From the NCBI GenBank assembly GCA_016716745.1, contig JADJVD010000006.1, positions 53,840 to 117,839 of the forward strand: a stretch of DNA of 64,000 bases. The letters are read 5' to 3'. The position numbers were made by a program, and so were the translations under genes. The DNA is from Hyphomicrobiales bacterium (GTDB lineage: Bacteria > Pseudomonadota > Alphaproteobacteria > Rhizobiales > Beijerinckiaceae). This document shows, in pieces, positions 17,934 to 26,817 of this stretch (its first letter is position 1; each line of letters opens with the position of its first letter). The notes beneath the pieces are model-generated. The model was given only the letters and a program-made list of their open reading frames with translations, made no database searches and was not told the origin of the DNA.

Positions 17934-19411
17934 TCCCGCGCGTCGATCCGCAGCCAGGCAATCTCACCGGCCCCGCGCGCGGTCTGCGCGGCGACGACCT
18001 CGACGCCCGCGTCCGACGGATCGCCGCGCCGCGCCGCGACCCGCGCCCGCAACGCTTCGTCCGGCGCGTCGAGCCAAAGCCCGAGAAAGCGCACGCCCGC
18101 CGCGCAGGCGACGGCCTCGATGGCGGCGCGCGCATCTGCGCGGTCGAACACCGCGTCGGCGACGACCGCGCCGCCCGCCGCCAGCGCGCGCGCCGCCTCC
18201 TCGTAGAGCCGCTCATAGACGCGCGCCGACGCCTCCGGCGCATAGGCTTCGGCCGGCAGCGTCGTCGTCGCGGCGACGCCGAACATCGCCTTGCGCAGCC
18301 GGTCGCTGGCGAGGTGACGCGCGCCGGGCGCCGGCCCGACATCGGCCGCGAGCCCCCGCGCCAGCGTCGACTTGCCGGAGCCGCTGAATCCGCCGACCGC
18401 GACCAGCATCGGCGTCGCCGGCGCGAACAGGGCGCGCGCGAGATCGAAATAGCCGCGCGCCGCGCGGCCGGCCGCGCTCGCGGCGGGATCGGTCGCCTCG
18501 CCCGCGCGCGTCGCCTCCACATGCGCGCGCACGGCGGCGCGCGTCGCCATGAACAGCGGCATGAGCGCCAGCCCGTCCGCCTCGTCCGCATGGTCGAGGT
18601 AGCGGTTGAAAAGTTCGTTGGAGAGATCGCGCCGGCCGAGCCGCGTCAGATCCATCAGCGTGAAGGCGATGTCGTAGAGAACGTCGGTGGTCGCCAGCGC
18701 GGCGTCGAAGTCGAGCCGGTCGAACATCGTCGGCTCGCCGTCGAGAAGGCAGATATTGGCGAGCGTGAGGTCGCCGTGACAATGCCGCACGCGCCCGGCC
18801 GCGCGACGCGCCTCCAGCAGCGACGCCTGCGCGCCCCGCGCCGCTTCGCAGGCCGCGATCAGCGCTTCGCGCGCCTCCGCCTCGAACAGCGGGCTGGCGC
18901 GCAGCCCCTGCGCGTTGATCGCCTGCGCGCGCGCCAGTCCCGCCGCGCCGCCGCCCTGCCGATCGGGCGGCTCGGCGGCGTGGAAGGCGGCGATATGCGC
19001 GGCGAGGGTCTCCAGCGTCGCCCGGTCGAGCCGGCCCTCGCGCACCACCGTCTCCATCAGATCGCGCGCCGCGAAACGCCGCATCTCGACCAGCGCGTCG
19101 ACGAGCGCGCCGTCGCCGTCGAGGCCAAGCAAGCCGTCCGCCGCGCGGCGGATCTGGCGCGCGCCGCGATAGAGGCGCGGCGCGGCGCGGCGGTTCAGGG
19201 CGAACTCTGTCTCGCAGGCGGCCGCGCGTCGCTCCGGCGTCGAGAAATCGACATAGGGCAGGCGCACCGCGCGCTTCAGCTTCCACGCCGTGTCGGCGAA
19301 CAGCAGCACGGTTGAGATGTGCGTCGTGACGATCTCGGGCGCCTCGCCGCTCGCCGCGCGCGCCGCCGCGCGGAGAAAGTCGATGGTCTCGCTCTGGTCC
19401 TCGCAGATCAT
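17867..19411 (-). CDS. bifunctional aminoglycoside-phosphotransferase-like kinase / P-loop ATPase protein
   Basis: 514 aa. It has an APH-type catalytic loop (HCHGDLTLANICL, DRLDFD) and a C-terminal Walker A (GGFSGSGKSTLA). Confidence 0.8.
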   Translation of the reverse strand: MICEDQSETIDFLRAAARAASGEAPEIVTTHISTVLLFADTAWKLKRAVRLPYVDFSTPERRAAACETEFALNRRAAPRLYRGARQIRRAADGLLGLDGDGALVDALVEMRRFAARDLMETVVREGRLDRATLETLAAHIAAFHAAEPPDRQGGGAAGLARAQAINAQGLRASPLFEAEAREALIAACEAARGAQASLLEARRAAGRVRHCHGDLTLANICLLDGEPTMFDRLDFDAALATTDVLYDIAFTLMDLTRLGRRDLSNELFNRYLDHADEADGLALMPLFMATRAAVRAHVEATRAGEATDPAASAAGRAARGYFDLARALFAPATPMLVAVGGFSGSGKSTLARGLAADVGPAPGARHLASDRLRKAMFGVAATTTLPAEAYAPEASARVYERLYEEAARALAAGGAVVADAVFDRADARAAIEAVACAAGVRFLGLWLDAPDEALRARVAARRGDPSDAGVEVVAAQTARGAGEIAWLRIDARDQAAALSAARGALAATGAASGV

Positions 19412-19479
19412 GCCGGAGCTTTGCGCCGGGCGGCGCGCCGTGGCAACCTGTCCGAGGCCGGAGATGAGCAGAGGCAGGC

Positions 19480-20535
19480 ATGGATCGCGACAAGCTCGAA
19501 CGATTGCGCGCCCGCTATGCGGACGCCGCCGGCGCGCACATGTACGACCCGCATTTCGCCGCCGTCGCCGCCTCCCAGTTTCAGGGCGACCGGCGCAAAT
19601 GGCCCTTCGCGGGCGTCGCGACGCTGATTGGCGCGCCGTATCGGCCCGAGGCGCAGGACAGCGCCGATTTCGGCGGGCTCGACGTCGCGCTCGTCGGCGT
19701 GCCGATGGATCTCGGCGTCACCAACCGCCCTGGCTCGCGTTTCGGCCCGCGCGCGGTGCGTGCGGTGGAGCGCATCGGCCCTTACGAACATGTGCTGCGC
19801 ATGGCGCCGCTGACGGATTGCGCCATCGCCGACATCGGCGACGTGTCTATGCGCTCGCGCTACGATCTGGCGGGATGCCACGCCGACATCGAGGCCTTCT
19901 ACAAGCGCCTCGTCGGCGCGGGCGTCGTTCCGTTGTCGGTCGGCGGCGACCATTCGATCAGCCTGCCGATCCTCAAGGCCGTCGGAGCCGACCGTCCCGT
20001 CGGCATGATTCACATCGACGCCCATTGCGACACCAGCGGGCCTTACGAGGGCTCGAAGTTCCATCATGGCGGGCCGTTCCGCGCCGCCGTGCTGGAGGGC
20101 GCGCTCGATCCCGAGCGCACGATACAGATCGGCATTCGCGGCGCGGCCGAATATCTCTGGGAGTTCTCCTACGAGAGCGGCATGACGGTGATCCACGCCG
20201 AGGAGCTGGACCGCCTCGGCCTCGATGCGGTGATCGCCAAGGCGCGCGCCGTCGTCGGCGAGGGGCCGGTCTATGTCTCTTTCGACATCGACAGTCTCGA
20301 CCCCGCCTTCGCGCCTGGCACCGGCACGCCGGAGATCGGCGGGCTGACCAGCGCGCAGGCGCTCGCCATCCTGCGCGGCCTGAAGGGGCTCGACGTCGTC
20401 GGCGCCGACGTCGTCGAGGTCGCCCCGCAATACGACGCGACGACGAACACCGCCCAAGCCGGCGCGCAGATGCTCTTCACCATCGCCTGTCTCGCCGTCG
20501 ACGCGCTGAAGGCGCGTCGCGCGCGCGGCGCCTGA
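19480..20535 (+). CDS. arginase-family ureohydrolase (agmatinase / guanidinobutyrase-like)
   Basis: 351 aa. The Mn-binding motifs GGDHSISLPI, HIDAHCDT and SFDIDSLDPAFAPGTGTPE are present. Confidence 0.9.
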   Translation: MDRDKLERLRARYADAAGAHMYDPHFAAVAASQFQGDRRKWPFAGVATLIGAPYRPEAQDSADFGGLDVALVGVPMDLGVTNRPGSRFGPRAVRAVERIGPYEHVLRMAPLTDCAIADIGDVSMRSRYDLAGCHADIEAFYKRLVGAGVVPLSVGGDHSISLPILKAVGADRPVGMIHIDAHCDTSGPYEGSKFHHGGPFRAAVLEGALDPERTIQIGIRGAAEYLWEFSYESGMTVIHAEELDRLGLDAVIAKARAVVGEGPVYVSFDIDSLDPAFAPGTGTPEIGGLTSAQALAILRGLKGLDVVGADVVEVAPQYDATTNTAQAGAQMLFTIACLAVDALKARRARGA

Positions 20536-20550
20536 AGTCGGGAGAGCGCG

Positions 20551-21141
20551 ATGCCGGTCGTCGGCGCGATCGAGAAATACGGCGGCGCCGTCACGTCGCT
20601 GAACGCCATCGCGGCGCTGCCGGCGCGCCGGGTGGAGGAGAATCTCGGCTACGGCCGCGGGCGCCTTTCGCAGGGTTATTGCATCCTGCTGCTGAAACAG
20701 AAGCTGACGCCGGACGATTTCGAGTTCGAGGGCACGACGCTGCGTTCGGGCGGTCGCGCCGGCCTGCCGGCCGACAACATCGCCGCCGACCGCACGCGCC
20801 GCCGCGTGCATGACGACGTGATGGCCGAGTATGGCGGGGGCGGCTATCGCTCGTTGCAGACGCGCACGCTGCTCACGATTCCGTTGACCGGCGCAAGCCG
20901 CGTCGCCAAGGTGCTGCCGACGATCCGCCATAACGACAAACTCGCGCCGAGCGAGCAATACCCCATGGGCGGCGGCTTTCGGCAATGGACGCTGAAGCGC
21001 CCGTGCGATTTCCTCGTCGCCGCCTTCGTCGACGACAACGGTTTCGCGCATACGAAAGACCTGTCACTGTCGCTGCGCGACGACGAACCGCATGTCGTCG
21101 ACAACCGCATGCGCATCTATCGCTATCTGGAGACCGCATGA
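20551..21141 (+). CDS. hypothetical protein (no family recognised)
   Basis: 196-aa ORF with non-repetitive composition and high GC3. It starts 16 nt after the ureohydrolase stop, and its stop overlaps the next ATG (ATGA). Confidence 0.55.
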   Translation: MPVVGAIEKYGGAVTSLNAIAALPARRVEENLGYGRGRLSQGYCILLLKQKLTPDDFEFEGTTLRSGGRAGLPADNIAADRTRRRVHDDVMAEYGGGGYRSLQTRTLLTIPLTGASRVAKVLPTIRHNDKLAPSEQYPMGGGFRQWTLKRPCDFLVAAFVDDNGFAHTKDLSLSLRDDEPHVVDNRMRIYRYLETA

Positions 21142-21371
21142 GCGAGCCGACGCAGGGCCTCCTCCGCGTGCGCGCGATGGTCTGCGCCCGCTGCGGCGCC
21201 GCCTTCTCCTGCACGCTCGGCGGGCCGTGCTGGTGCTCGCAGGAGGATTTCCGCCTGCCGCTGCCGGCCGCGCCGCCGGCCGAGGGCTCGACGGACGATT
21301 GCATGTGTCCGTCCTGCCTACGCGATCATGCGGCGCGGCTCATGAAAAAACGCGGAGCCGACGCGCGGTGA
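21138..21371 (+). CDS. cysteine-rich CWC-family protein
   Basis: MSEPTQGLLRVRAMVCARCGAAFSCTLGGPCWCSQEDFRLPLP...CMCPSCL (77 aa). The CxxC...C...CWC pattern is present. It is the internal ATG of ORF 20985..21371. Confidence 0.65.
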   Translation: MSEPTQGLLRVRAMVCARCGAAFSCTLGGPCWCSQEDFRLPLPAAPPAEGSTDDCMCPSCLRDHAARLMKKRGADAR

Positions 21372-21465
21372 TCGCGCTTGCGGGCGCCGCCGCGCCGTGC
21401 CCCGATGCGGCCGGCCGCACGGGCCTGAACCGGACGAGTCCCCCAAGGGACCAAAAGGACTGTCG

Positions 21466-22305
21466 ATGCGTTTGAAATCGTTTCTTCTCGGCGCGGTCGC
21501 GCTGGCCGCGCTGTCGGGCGCGGCGTTCGCGCAGACCAGGACGCTGACGATCGCCACCGAAGGCGCCTATGCGCCGTGGAACTTCACCGAGCCGAGCGGC
21601 AAGCTCGCCGGCTTCGAGATCGAGCTCGCCGCCGACCTCTGCGCCCGCATGAAGGTCGAGTGCAAGATCGTCGCGCAGGATTGGGACGGCATCATTCCCG
21701 GCGTCAACGCCGGCAAGTTCGACGTGATCATGGCCGGCATGTCGATCACCGAGAAGCGCAAACAGTCCATCGCCTTCTCGACGCCCTACGCGATGACGCC
21801 GAACGGCTTCACCACGCTGACGACGACGCCGCTCGCCAAGCTGCCCGGCACGGGCACGATCCTGTCCTTCGACAAGGACGGCCCGGCCGCCGAGAAGGCG
21901 CTCGAGGACATGAAGGCGCTGCTCAAGGGCAAGGTGATCGGCGTGCAGACCTCGACCACCAACGCCAACGTGATGGAGAAGTATTTCAAGGGCGTCGTCG
22001 ATCTGCGCGAATACAAGACCGCCGAACAGCACGACCTCGATCTTCTCGCCGGGCGCGTCGACGCGGTGTTCGCCAGCCGCGTCGCCGAGACCGCGAACCT
22101 GAAGAAGCCCGAGTTCAAGGATCTGGCGCTTGTCGGCCCCGGCTTCATGGGCGGCCTGCTGGGCGAGGGCGTCGGCGTCGGCCTGCGCAAGGCCGACACG
22201 GAGCTGAAGGCGAAGTTCGACGAGGCGATCAAGGCCGCCGTCGCCGACGGCGTCATCAAGAAGCTCTCCGAGAAATGGATGGGCGTCGACATTTCGCCGA
22301 AGTGA
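21466..22305 (+). CDS. ABC transporter periplasmic substrate-binding protein, family 3 (Lys/Arg/Orn/His/opine type), paralog A
   Basis: Signal peptide MRLKSFLLGAVALAALSGAAFAQ, followed by TLTIATEGAYAPWNF...DWDGIIPG. Confidence 0.9.
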   Translation: MRLKSFLLGAVALAALSGAAFAQTRTLTIATEGAYAPWNFTEPSGKLAGFEIELAADLCARMKVECKIVAQDWDGIIPGVNAGKFDVIMAGMSITEKRKQSIAFSTPYAMTPNGFTTLTTTPLAKLPGTGTILSFDKDGPAAEKALEDMKALLKGKVIGVQTSTTNANVMEKYFKGVVDLREYKTAEQHDLDLLAGRVDAVFASRVAETANLKKPEFKDLALVGPGFMGGLLGEGVGVGLRKADTELKAKFDEAIKAAVADGVIKKLSEKWMGVDISPK

Positions 22306-22405
22306 GCCGCGCCAACGCGGACCCGCGAGGGCGCCGCGCGGTCGTTGACGTTGCGCCGGCCGTCCTGACCATGGGCGGCCGGCGCAAGCGATTCTGGAGG
22401 GGGCG

Positions 22406-23425
22406 ATGGGGTTCGATCTTCACGGCGAGCGGCTGGACCGCGCCGCCTTGCGCGCCCGCGTCGGCGATCTCGCGCAGGTCGCCGGCCTGCGCAGCTTGAC
22501 GCTCGAGGACGGGCAGGGCAGGGGCCAGCGCCTGATCGAGATGGAGACCGGCGGCGGCCTGTCCGTCGAGATCCTGCCCGACCGCACGCTGGACATCGGC
22601 CAGGTGCGCTATCGCGGCGTTCCGGTCGCCTGGATCGGCCCGAACGGCCTGCGCTCGCCCTTCCTGCCCGGCGTGCCGGAGCACGGCCACTCGCCGATGG
22701 AGCGCGGCATCGCCGGCCTGTTGACGACCTGCGGCTTCGAGCATGCGCGCCTGCCCGCGGCGCGGCCGCGCCCGCCGGGCTTTCTCGATGCCAACCACCC
22801 GCTGCATGGCTCGATTCCCTTCACACCCGCCGACGGCGTGTCGGCGCGGCAGGTCTGGTCGGGCGAGAATGGCGCGCTGCGCGTCGAGGGTCGCGTCACG
22901 CAATTCACTCTCGACGGCCCCTCCTACGAATTGCGCCGGCGCATCGAGGCGCCGGTCGGCGGCGCGACATTGATCATCGAGGACGAGGTGGAGAACATCG
23001 GCCACGCCGACGCGCCGCTGATGGCGCTCTACCATTTCAACTTCGGTTGGCCGGCGGTCGGCCCCGGCGCGCGCTTCGAGATGCGCGACGGGTCCGGGCG
23101 CTGGGCGGGCGCTCCGCTGACGCCGCTCGGCGGCGAGCCGGCGCGGGCGGTCGACATCTGCGCGGCGCCCGCCTTCGAGGGGCGCGCGGCGGCGCGATTG
23201 GCCGGCGGCGCCGTCGATGTCGAAATCGCCTTCGATCCCGCGACTTTGCCTTACGTCCAGACGTGGCGGCGCACCGAGCCCGGCCTCAACGTCTTCTCCA
23301 TCGAGCCGATCACCAACCGCCTCGCGCCGCGCGCCGAGCTGGAGGCGGACGGGGAAATCCGCACGCTCGCGCCGGGCGCTGTCGCAAGGATGAGCTTCGC
23401 GCTCGGCTTTTCGGCGCGGGACTAG
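22406..23425 (+). CDS. DUF4432 / aldose-1-epimerase-fold protein
   Basis: 339-aa ORF whose sequence pattern (LHGSIPFTPA, ALYHFNFGWP, FSIEPITN) is typical of the DUF4432 mutarotase-like family. Confidence 0.65.
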   Translation: MGFDLHGERLDRAALRARVGDLAQVAGLRSLTLEDGQGRGQRLIEMETGGGLSVEILPDRTLDIGQVRYRGVPVAWIGPNGLRSPFLPGVPEHGHSPMERGIAGLLTTCGFEHARLPAARPRPPGFLDANHPLHGSIPFTPADGVSARQVWSGENGALRVEGRVTQFTLDGPSYELRRRIEAPVGGATLIIEDEVENIGHADAPLMALYHFNFGWPAVGPGARFEMRDGSGRWAGAPLTPLGGEPARAVDICAAPAFEGRAAARLAGGAVDVEIAFDPATLPYVQTWRRTEPGLNVFSIEPITNRLAPRAELEADGEIRTLAPGAVARMSFALGFSARD

Positions 23426-23529
23426 GCATTTTTGGGCTTGCGCGCGAATGCGGCGCCGATACGCTTTCCCTTGGAGCCGCAGGGAGCGGCGAGGCCTCCA
23501 GAGAAGGCCGCAGGGAGAGGGGATTGAGT

Positions 23530-24372
23530 ATGGCGTTCATCCGCACGCTTGGACTGGCGGCCGCCGCCGTGATCGCCGCGACGGGCTTTGCCGTCGCGCA
23601 GTCGAAGTCGATCACGATCGCGACCGAGGGCGCCTATGCGCCGTGGAACTTCACCGAGGCGAGCGGCAAGGTCGTCGGCTACGAGGTCGATCTGGCCGCC
23701 GATCTGTGCAAGCGCATGAAGGTCGAGTGCAAGGTCATCGCGACCGACTGGGACGGCATCATTCCCGGCCTCAACGCCGGCAAGTACGACGCCATCATGG
23801 CCGGCATGACGGTGACCGAGAAGCGCAAGGAAGTCATCGACTTCTCGATTCCCTACGGCGCGACGCCGAACGGCTTCCTGACCACCAAGTCGAGCCCGCT
23901 CGCCAAACTGCCGGGCACGGGCAGCACCTACTCGCTGGTGAAGGACGCCGACGCCGCCAAGAAGGCGATCGAGGACATGAAGGCCCTGCTCAAGGGCAAG
24001 TCCGTCGGCGTGCAGGTGTCGACCACCAACGCCGCCTTCGTCGAGAAGTACTTCAAGGGCGTCGCCGACATCCGCGAGTACAAGACGACCGAGCAGCACG
24101 ATCTCGATCTGGCGGCCGGGCGCATCGACGCGACCTTCGCGGCGATGTCCTACCAGAACGACGTGATCAAGAAGCCCGAGAACAAGGACTTCGCGCTCGC
24201 CGGCGCGACCTTCACGGGCGAGGTGCTCGGCATCGGCGTCGGCGTCGGCCTGCGCAAGACGGACGCGGCGCTGAAGGCCTCCTTCGACGAGGCGATCAAG
24301 GGCGCCCTCGCCGACGGCACGATCAAGACGCTGTCGATGAAGTGGTTCGGCTTCGACGTCACCCCGAAGTGA
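23530..24372 (+). CDS. ABC transporter periplasmic substrate-binding protein, family 3, paralog B
   Basis: MAFIRTLGLAAAAVIAATGFAVAQ signal peptide. By eye it is roughly two-thirds identical to paralog A over its full length. Confidence 0.9.
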   Translation: MAFIRTLGLAAAAVIAATGFAVAQSKSITIATEGAYAPWNFTEASGKVVGYEVDLAADLCKRMKVECKVIATDWDGIIPGLNAGKYDAIMAGMTVTEKRKEVIDFSIPYGATPNGFLTTKSSPLAKLPGTGSTYSLVKDADAAKKAIEDMKALLKGKSVGVQVSTTNAAFVEKYFKGVADIREYKTTEQHDLDLAAGRIDATFAAMSYQNDVIKKPENKDFALAGATFTGEVLGIGVGVGLRKTDAALKASFDEAIKGALADGTIKTLSMKWFGFDVTPK

Positions 24373-24415
24373 GCCGGGCCCGCTCGGCCACGAAGGCCTG
24401 AAACGACGAACAAGA

Positions 24416-24442
24416 CCGCCCCCGCGTCGAACGCGGGGGCGG
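24416..24442 (+). other. GC-rich stem-loop between the binding-protein gene and the permease genes (CCGCCCCCGCG-TCGAA-CGCGGGGGCGG)
   Basis: Perfect 11-bp stem with a 5-nt loop and no U-tract. Confidence 0.5.
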
Positions 24443-24476
24443 GCGCTGCCGGCGCGCGCCGGAAAAGCGGGGGGCG

Positions 24477-25190
24477 ATGTCGGCTTTCGAACTGCTCGGT
24501 TTCGGCGAGAAGGGCTGGGGCGCGCTGCTGCTGCAGGCGACGGCGATGACGCTGGCCGTGACCCTCACCGCCTTCTTCTTCGGCGGCGTGTTCGGCGCCG
24601 TCGTCGCGCGCGGCAAACTGTCGGACAGCATGGTCGCGCGCGTCGCCGGAGACGTCTACACGACCGTGCTGCGCGGCGTGCCGGACTTGCTCGTCATCTA
24701 TCTTTTGTATTTCGGCGGCAGCCAGCTTCTGTCCTCGCTCTACCGGCTCGTCACCGGCGAGACGGGCTTCATCGGCATCAACGCCTTTCTCACCGGCGCG
24801 ATGGCTGTCGGCGTCGTCTCCGGCGCCTATCAGGCCGAGGTGTTCCGCGGCGCCTATCTGGCGATTCCGCGCGGCGAGATCGAGGCGGCGCGCTCGGTGG
24901 GCATGTCGGGCTGGACGCTGTTCCACCGCATCGTGCTGCCGCAGGTGCTGCGTTTCGCGATCCCCGGCCTCGGCAACGTCTGGCAGCTCGCGTTGAAGGA
25001 GTCGGCGCTGATCTCCGTCACCGGCCTCGTCGAATTGTTGCGCCAGTCGCAGGTCGCCTCGGGGTCGACGCGCCAGCCCTTCGTCTTCTACTCCGCCGCC
25101 GCCGTCCTCTATCTCGTGCTGACCAGCGTCTCGACCTGGACATTCAACAAGGCCGAGTCGACCGCCATGCGCGGCGTCAGGAGGGCGTGA
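24477..25190 (+). CDS. ABC transporter permease (HisQ-like)
   Basis: 237-aa polytopic membrane protein with the polar-amino-acid permease pattern (EAARSVGMSGWTLFHRIVLPQ). Confidence 0.9.
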   Translation: MSAFELLGFGEKGWGALLLQATAMTLAVTLTAFFFGGVFGAVVARGKLSDSMVARVAGDVYTTVLRGVPDLLVIYLLYFGGSQLLSSLYRLVTGETGFIGINAFLTGAMAVGVVSGAYQAEVFRGAYLAIPRGEIEAARSVGMSGWTLFHRIVLPQVLRFAIPGLGNVWQLALKESALISVTGLVELLRQSQVASGSTRQPFVFYSAAAVLYLVLTSVSTWTFNKAESTAMRGVRRA

Positions 25191-25915
25191 TGGATTTCGC
25201 CTTCTACAGCGAGGTGATCTGGCGCCTGCTCGGCGGTCTGCCGATGACGCTGAACATCGCCTTCGTCTCGGTGGCGGTCGGCGGTCTCTTTGCGGTCGGC
25301 CTGGCGCTGATGCAGGAATCCGGCGTCGCCCCGCTCGTGTGGATTTCGCGCGCCTATGTCTTCGTCTTCCGCGGCACGCCGCTGCTCGTGCAGATGTTCC
25401 TCATCTTCTACGGGCTGAGCCAGTTTCCCGAGATTCGCGCGAGCTGGGCGTGGACCTATCTGCGCCAGCCCTATTTCTGCGCCGTCCTCGCGCTCGCGAT
25501 GAACACGGCCGCCTACACGGCCGAGATCCTGCGCGGCGGCCTTCAATCGGTGCCCTTCGGACAGATCGAGGCGGCGCGCGCCTGCGGCATGTCGCGCGTA
25601 ACCCTGTACCGCCGCGTCGTCCTGCCGATCGCCGTGCGGCAGGCGCTGCCGGCCTACGGCACCGAGCTGATCCTGATGGTGCGGGCGACCGCGCTCGCCT
25701 CGATCATTACGATCATGGAGATCACCGGCATCGCCCAGAAGATCAATTCCGAGACGTTTCGCGCCATCGAGGTGTTCGTCTGCGCCGGCGTGATCTATCT
25801 GGCGATCAATTTCCTGCTGTCGCGCGTCGTCATGGCGCTCGAACACTGGCTCACCCCGCATTTGCGCGCCATGCCGCACGAGCAGCTTCTGGCGAAGGTT
25901 GGAGACAAGCTCTGA
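25187..25915 (+). CDS. ABC transporter permease (HisM-like)
   Basis: 242 aa with the EAARACGMSRVTLYRRVVLP motif. It overlaps the preceding stop by 4 nt. Confidence 0.9.
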   Translation: MMDFAFYSEVIWRLLGGLPMTLNIAFVSVAVGGLFAVGLALMQESGVAPLVWISRAYVFVFRGTPLLVQMFLIFYGLSQFPEIRASWAWTYLRQPYFCAVLALAMNTAAYTAEILRGGLQSVPFGQIEAARACGMSRVTLYRRVVLPIAVRQALPAYGTELILMVRATALASIITIMEITGIAQKINSETFRAIEVFVCAGVIYLAINFLLSRVVMALEHWLTPHLRAMPHEQLLAKVGDKL

Positions 25916-26703
25916 TGGCCGAAGGTTCTGCGGCGGTTCCTGCAGTCAGCGTCCGTGATCTGCGCAAGAGCTTCGGCGCGCTCGAAGTGCTGAAGGGCGT
26001 CTCGTTCGACGCCCATGACGGCGACGTGATCTCCATTCTCGGCGCCTCGGGCTCGGGCAAGAGCACGCTGCTGCGCTGCATCAACATGCTGGAGACGCCG
26101 AGCGCGGGCGACGTCGTGGTCGCCGGCGAGACGATCAAGCTGCGCCAGCGCCGCGACGGGCGGGTGGAGCCGGCGGACCATCGCCAGATCGACCGCATCC
26201 GCAGTGGCCTGTCGATGGTGTTCCAGGGATTCAACCTGTGGTCGCACATGACGGTGCTCCAGAACGTCATGGAGGCGCCCGTGCATGTGCAGAAGCGCCC
26301 GAAGGCCGAGGTGCGGGACGAGGCGATGGCGCTGCTCGCCAAGGTCGGCATCGCCGACCGGGCCGGCTACTACCCCTCGCATCTTTCCGGCGGCCAGCAG
26401 CAGCGCGCGGCCATCGCCCGGGCGCTGGCGATGAAGCCGAAAGTGATGCTGTTCGACGAGCCGACCTCCGCGCTCGACCCCGAACTCGTGGGCGAGGTTC
26501 TGCGCGTTATGCGGGCAATTGCCGAAGAAGGTCGCACGATGCTCGTCGTCACCCACGAAATGGGCTTCGCCCGCGACGTGTCGAACCGCGTCCTGTTCCT
26601 GCATCAGGGGCAGATCGAGGCGGACGGGCCGCCGCAGGAGCTGTTCGGCGCGTCGAAATCGGAGCGTTTTCGCCAGTTCATCGCCCGTCACGCCCAGGGC
26701 TGA
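25915..26703 (+). CDS. ABC transporter ATP-binding protein (HisP-like)
   Basis: MAEGSAAVPAVSVRDLRKSF... with Walker A GASGSGKST, signature LSGGQQQR and Walker B MLFDEPTSALD. Its ATG overlaps the previous TGA. Confidence 0.95.
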   Translation: MAEGSAAVPAVSVRDLRKSFGALEVLKGVSFDAHDGDVISILGASGSGKSTLLRCINMLETPSAGDVVVAGETIKLRQRRDGRVEPADHRQIDRIRSGLSMVFQGFNLWSHMTVLQNVMEAPVHVQKRPKAEVRDEAMALLAKVGIADRAGYYPSHLSGGQQQRAAIARALAMKPKVMLFDEPTSALDPELVGEVLRVMRAIAEEGRTMLVVTHEMGFARDVSNRVLFLHQGQIEADGPPQELFGASKSERFRQFIARHAQG

Positions 26704-26745
26704 ACCTGCATCCGGACGTTTGGCGCAGGCGAGCATGCCGCTTGC

Positions 26746-26760
26746 TGGCATATCGCTTGC
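26746..26760 (+). promoter_or_regulatory. candidate sigma-54 (-24/-12) promoter TGGCAT-N5-TTGC
   Basis: TGGCATATCGCTTGC matches the TGGCAC-N5-TTGC spacing exactly and ends 57 nt upstream of GTG 26818. No enhancer-binding protein gene is seen nearby. Confidence 0.35.
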
Positions 26761-26817
26761 CTATAAACTGATCGCGGCGCCTGCTGTCGGGCGCGACGTG
26801 GGGCATGGAGAGCGCGC

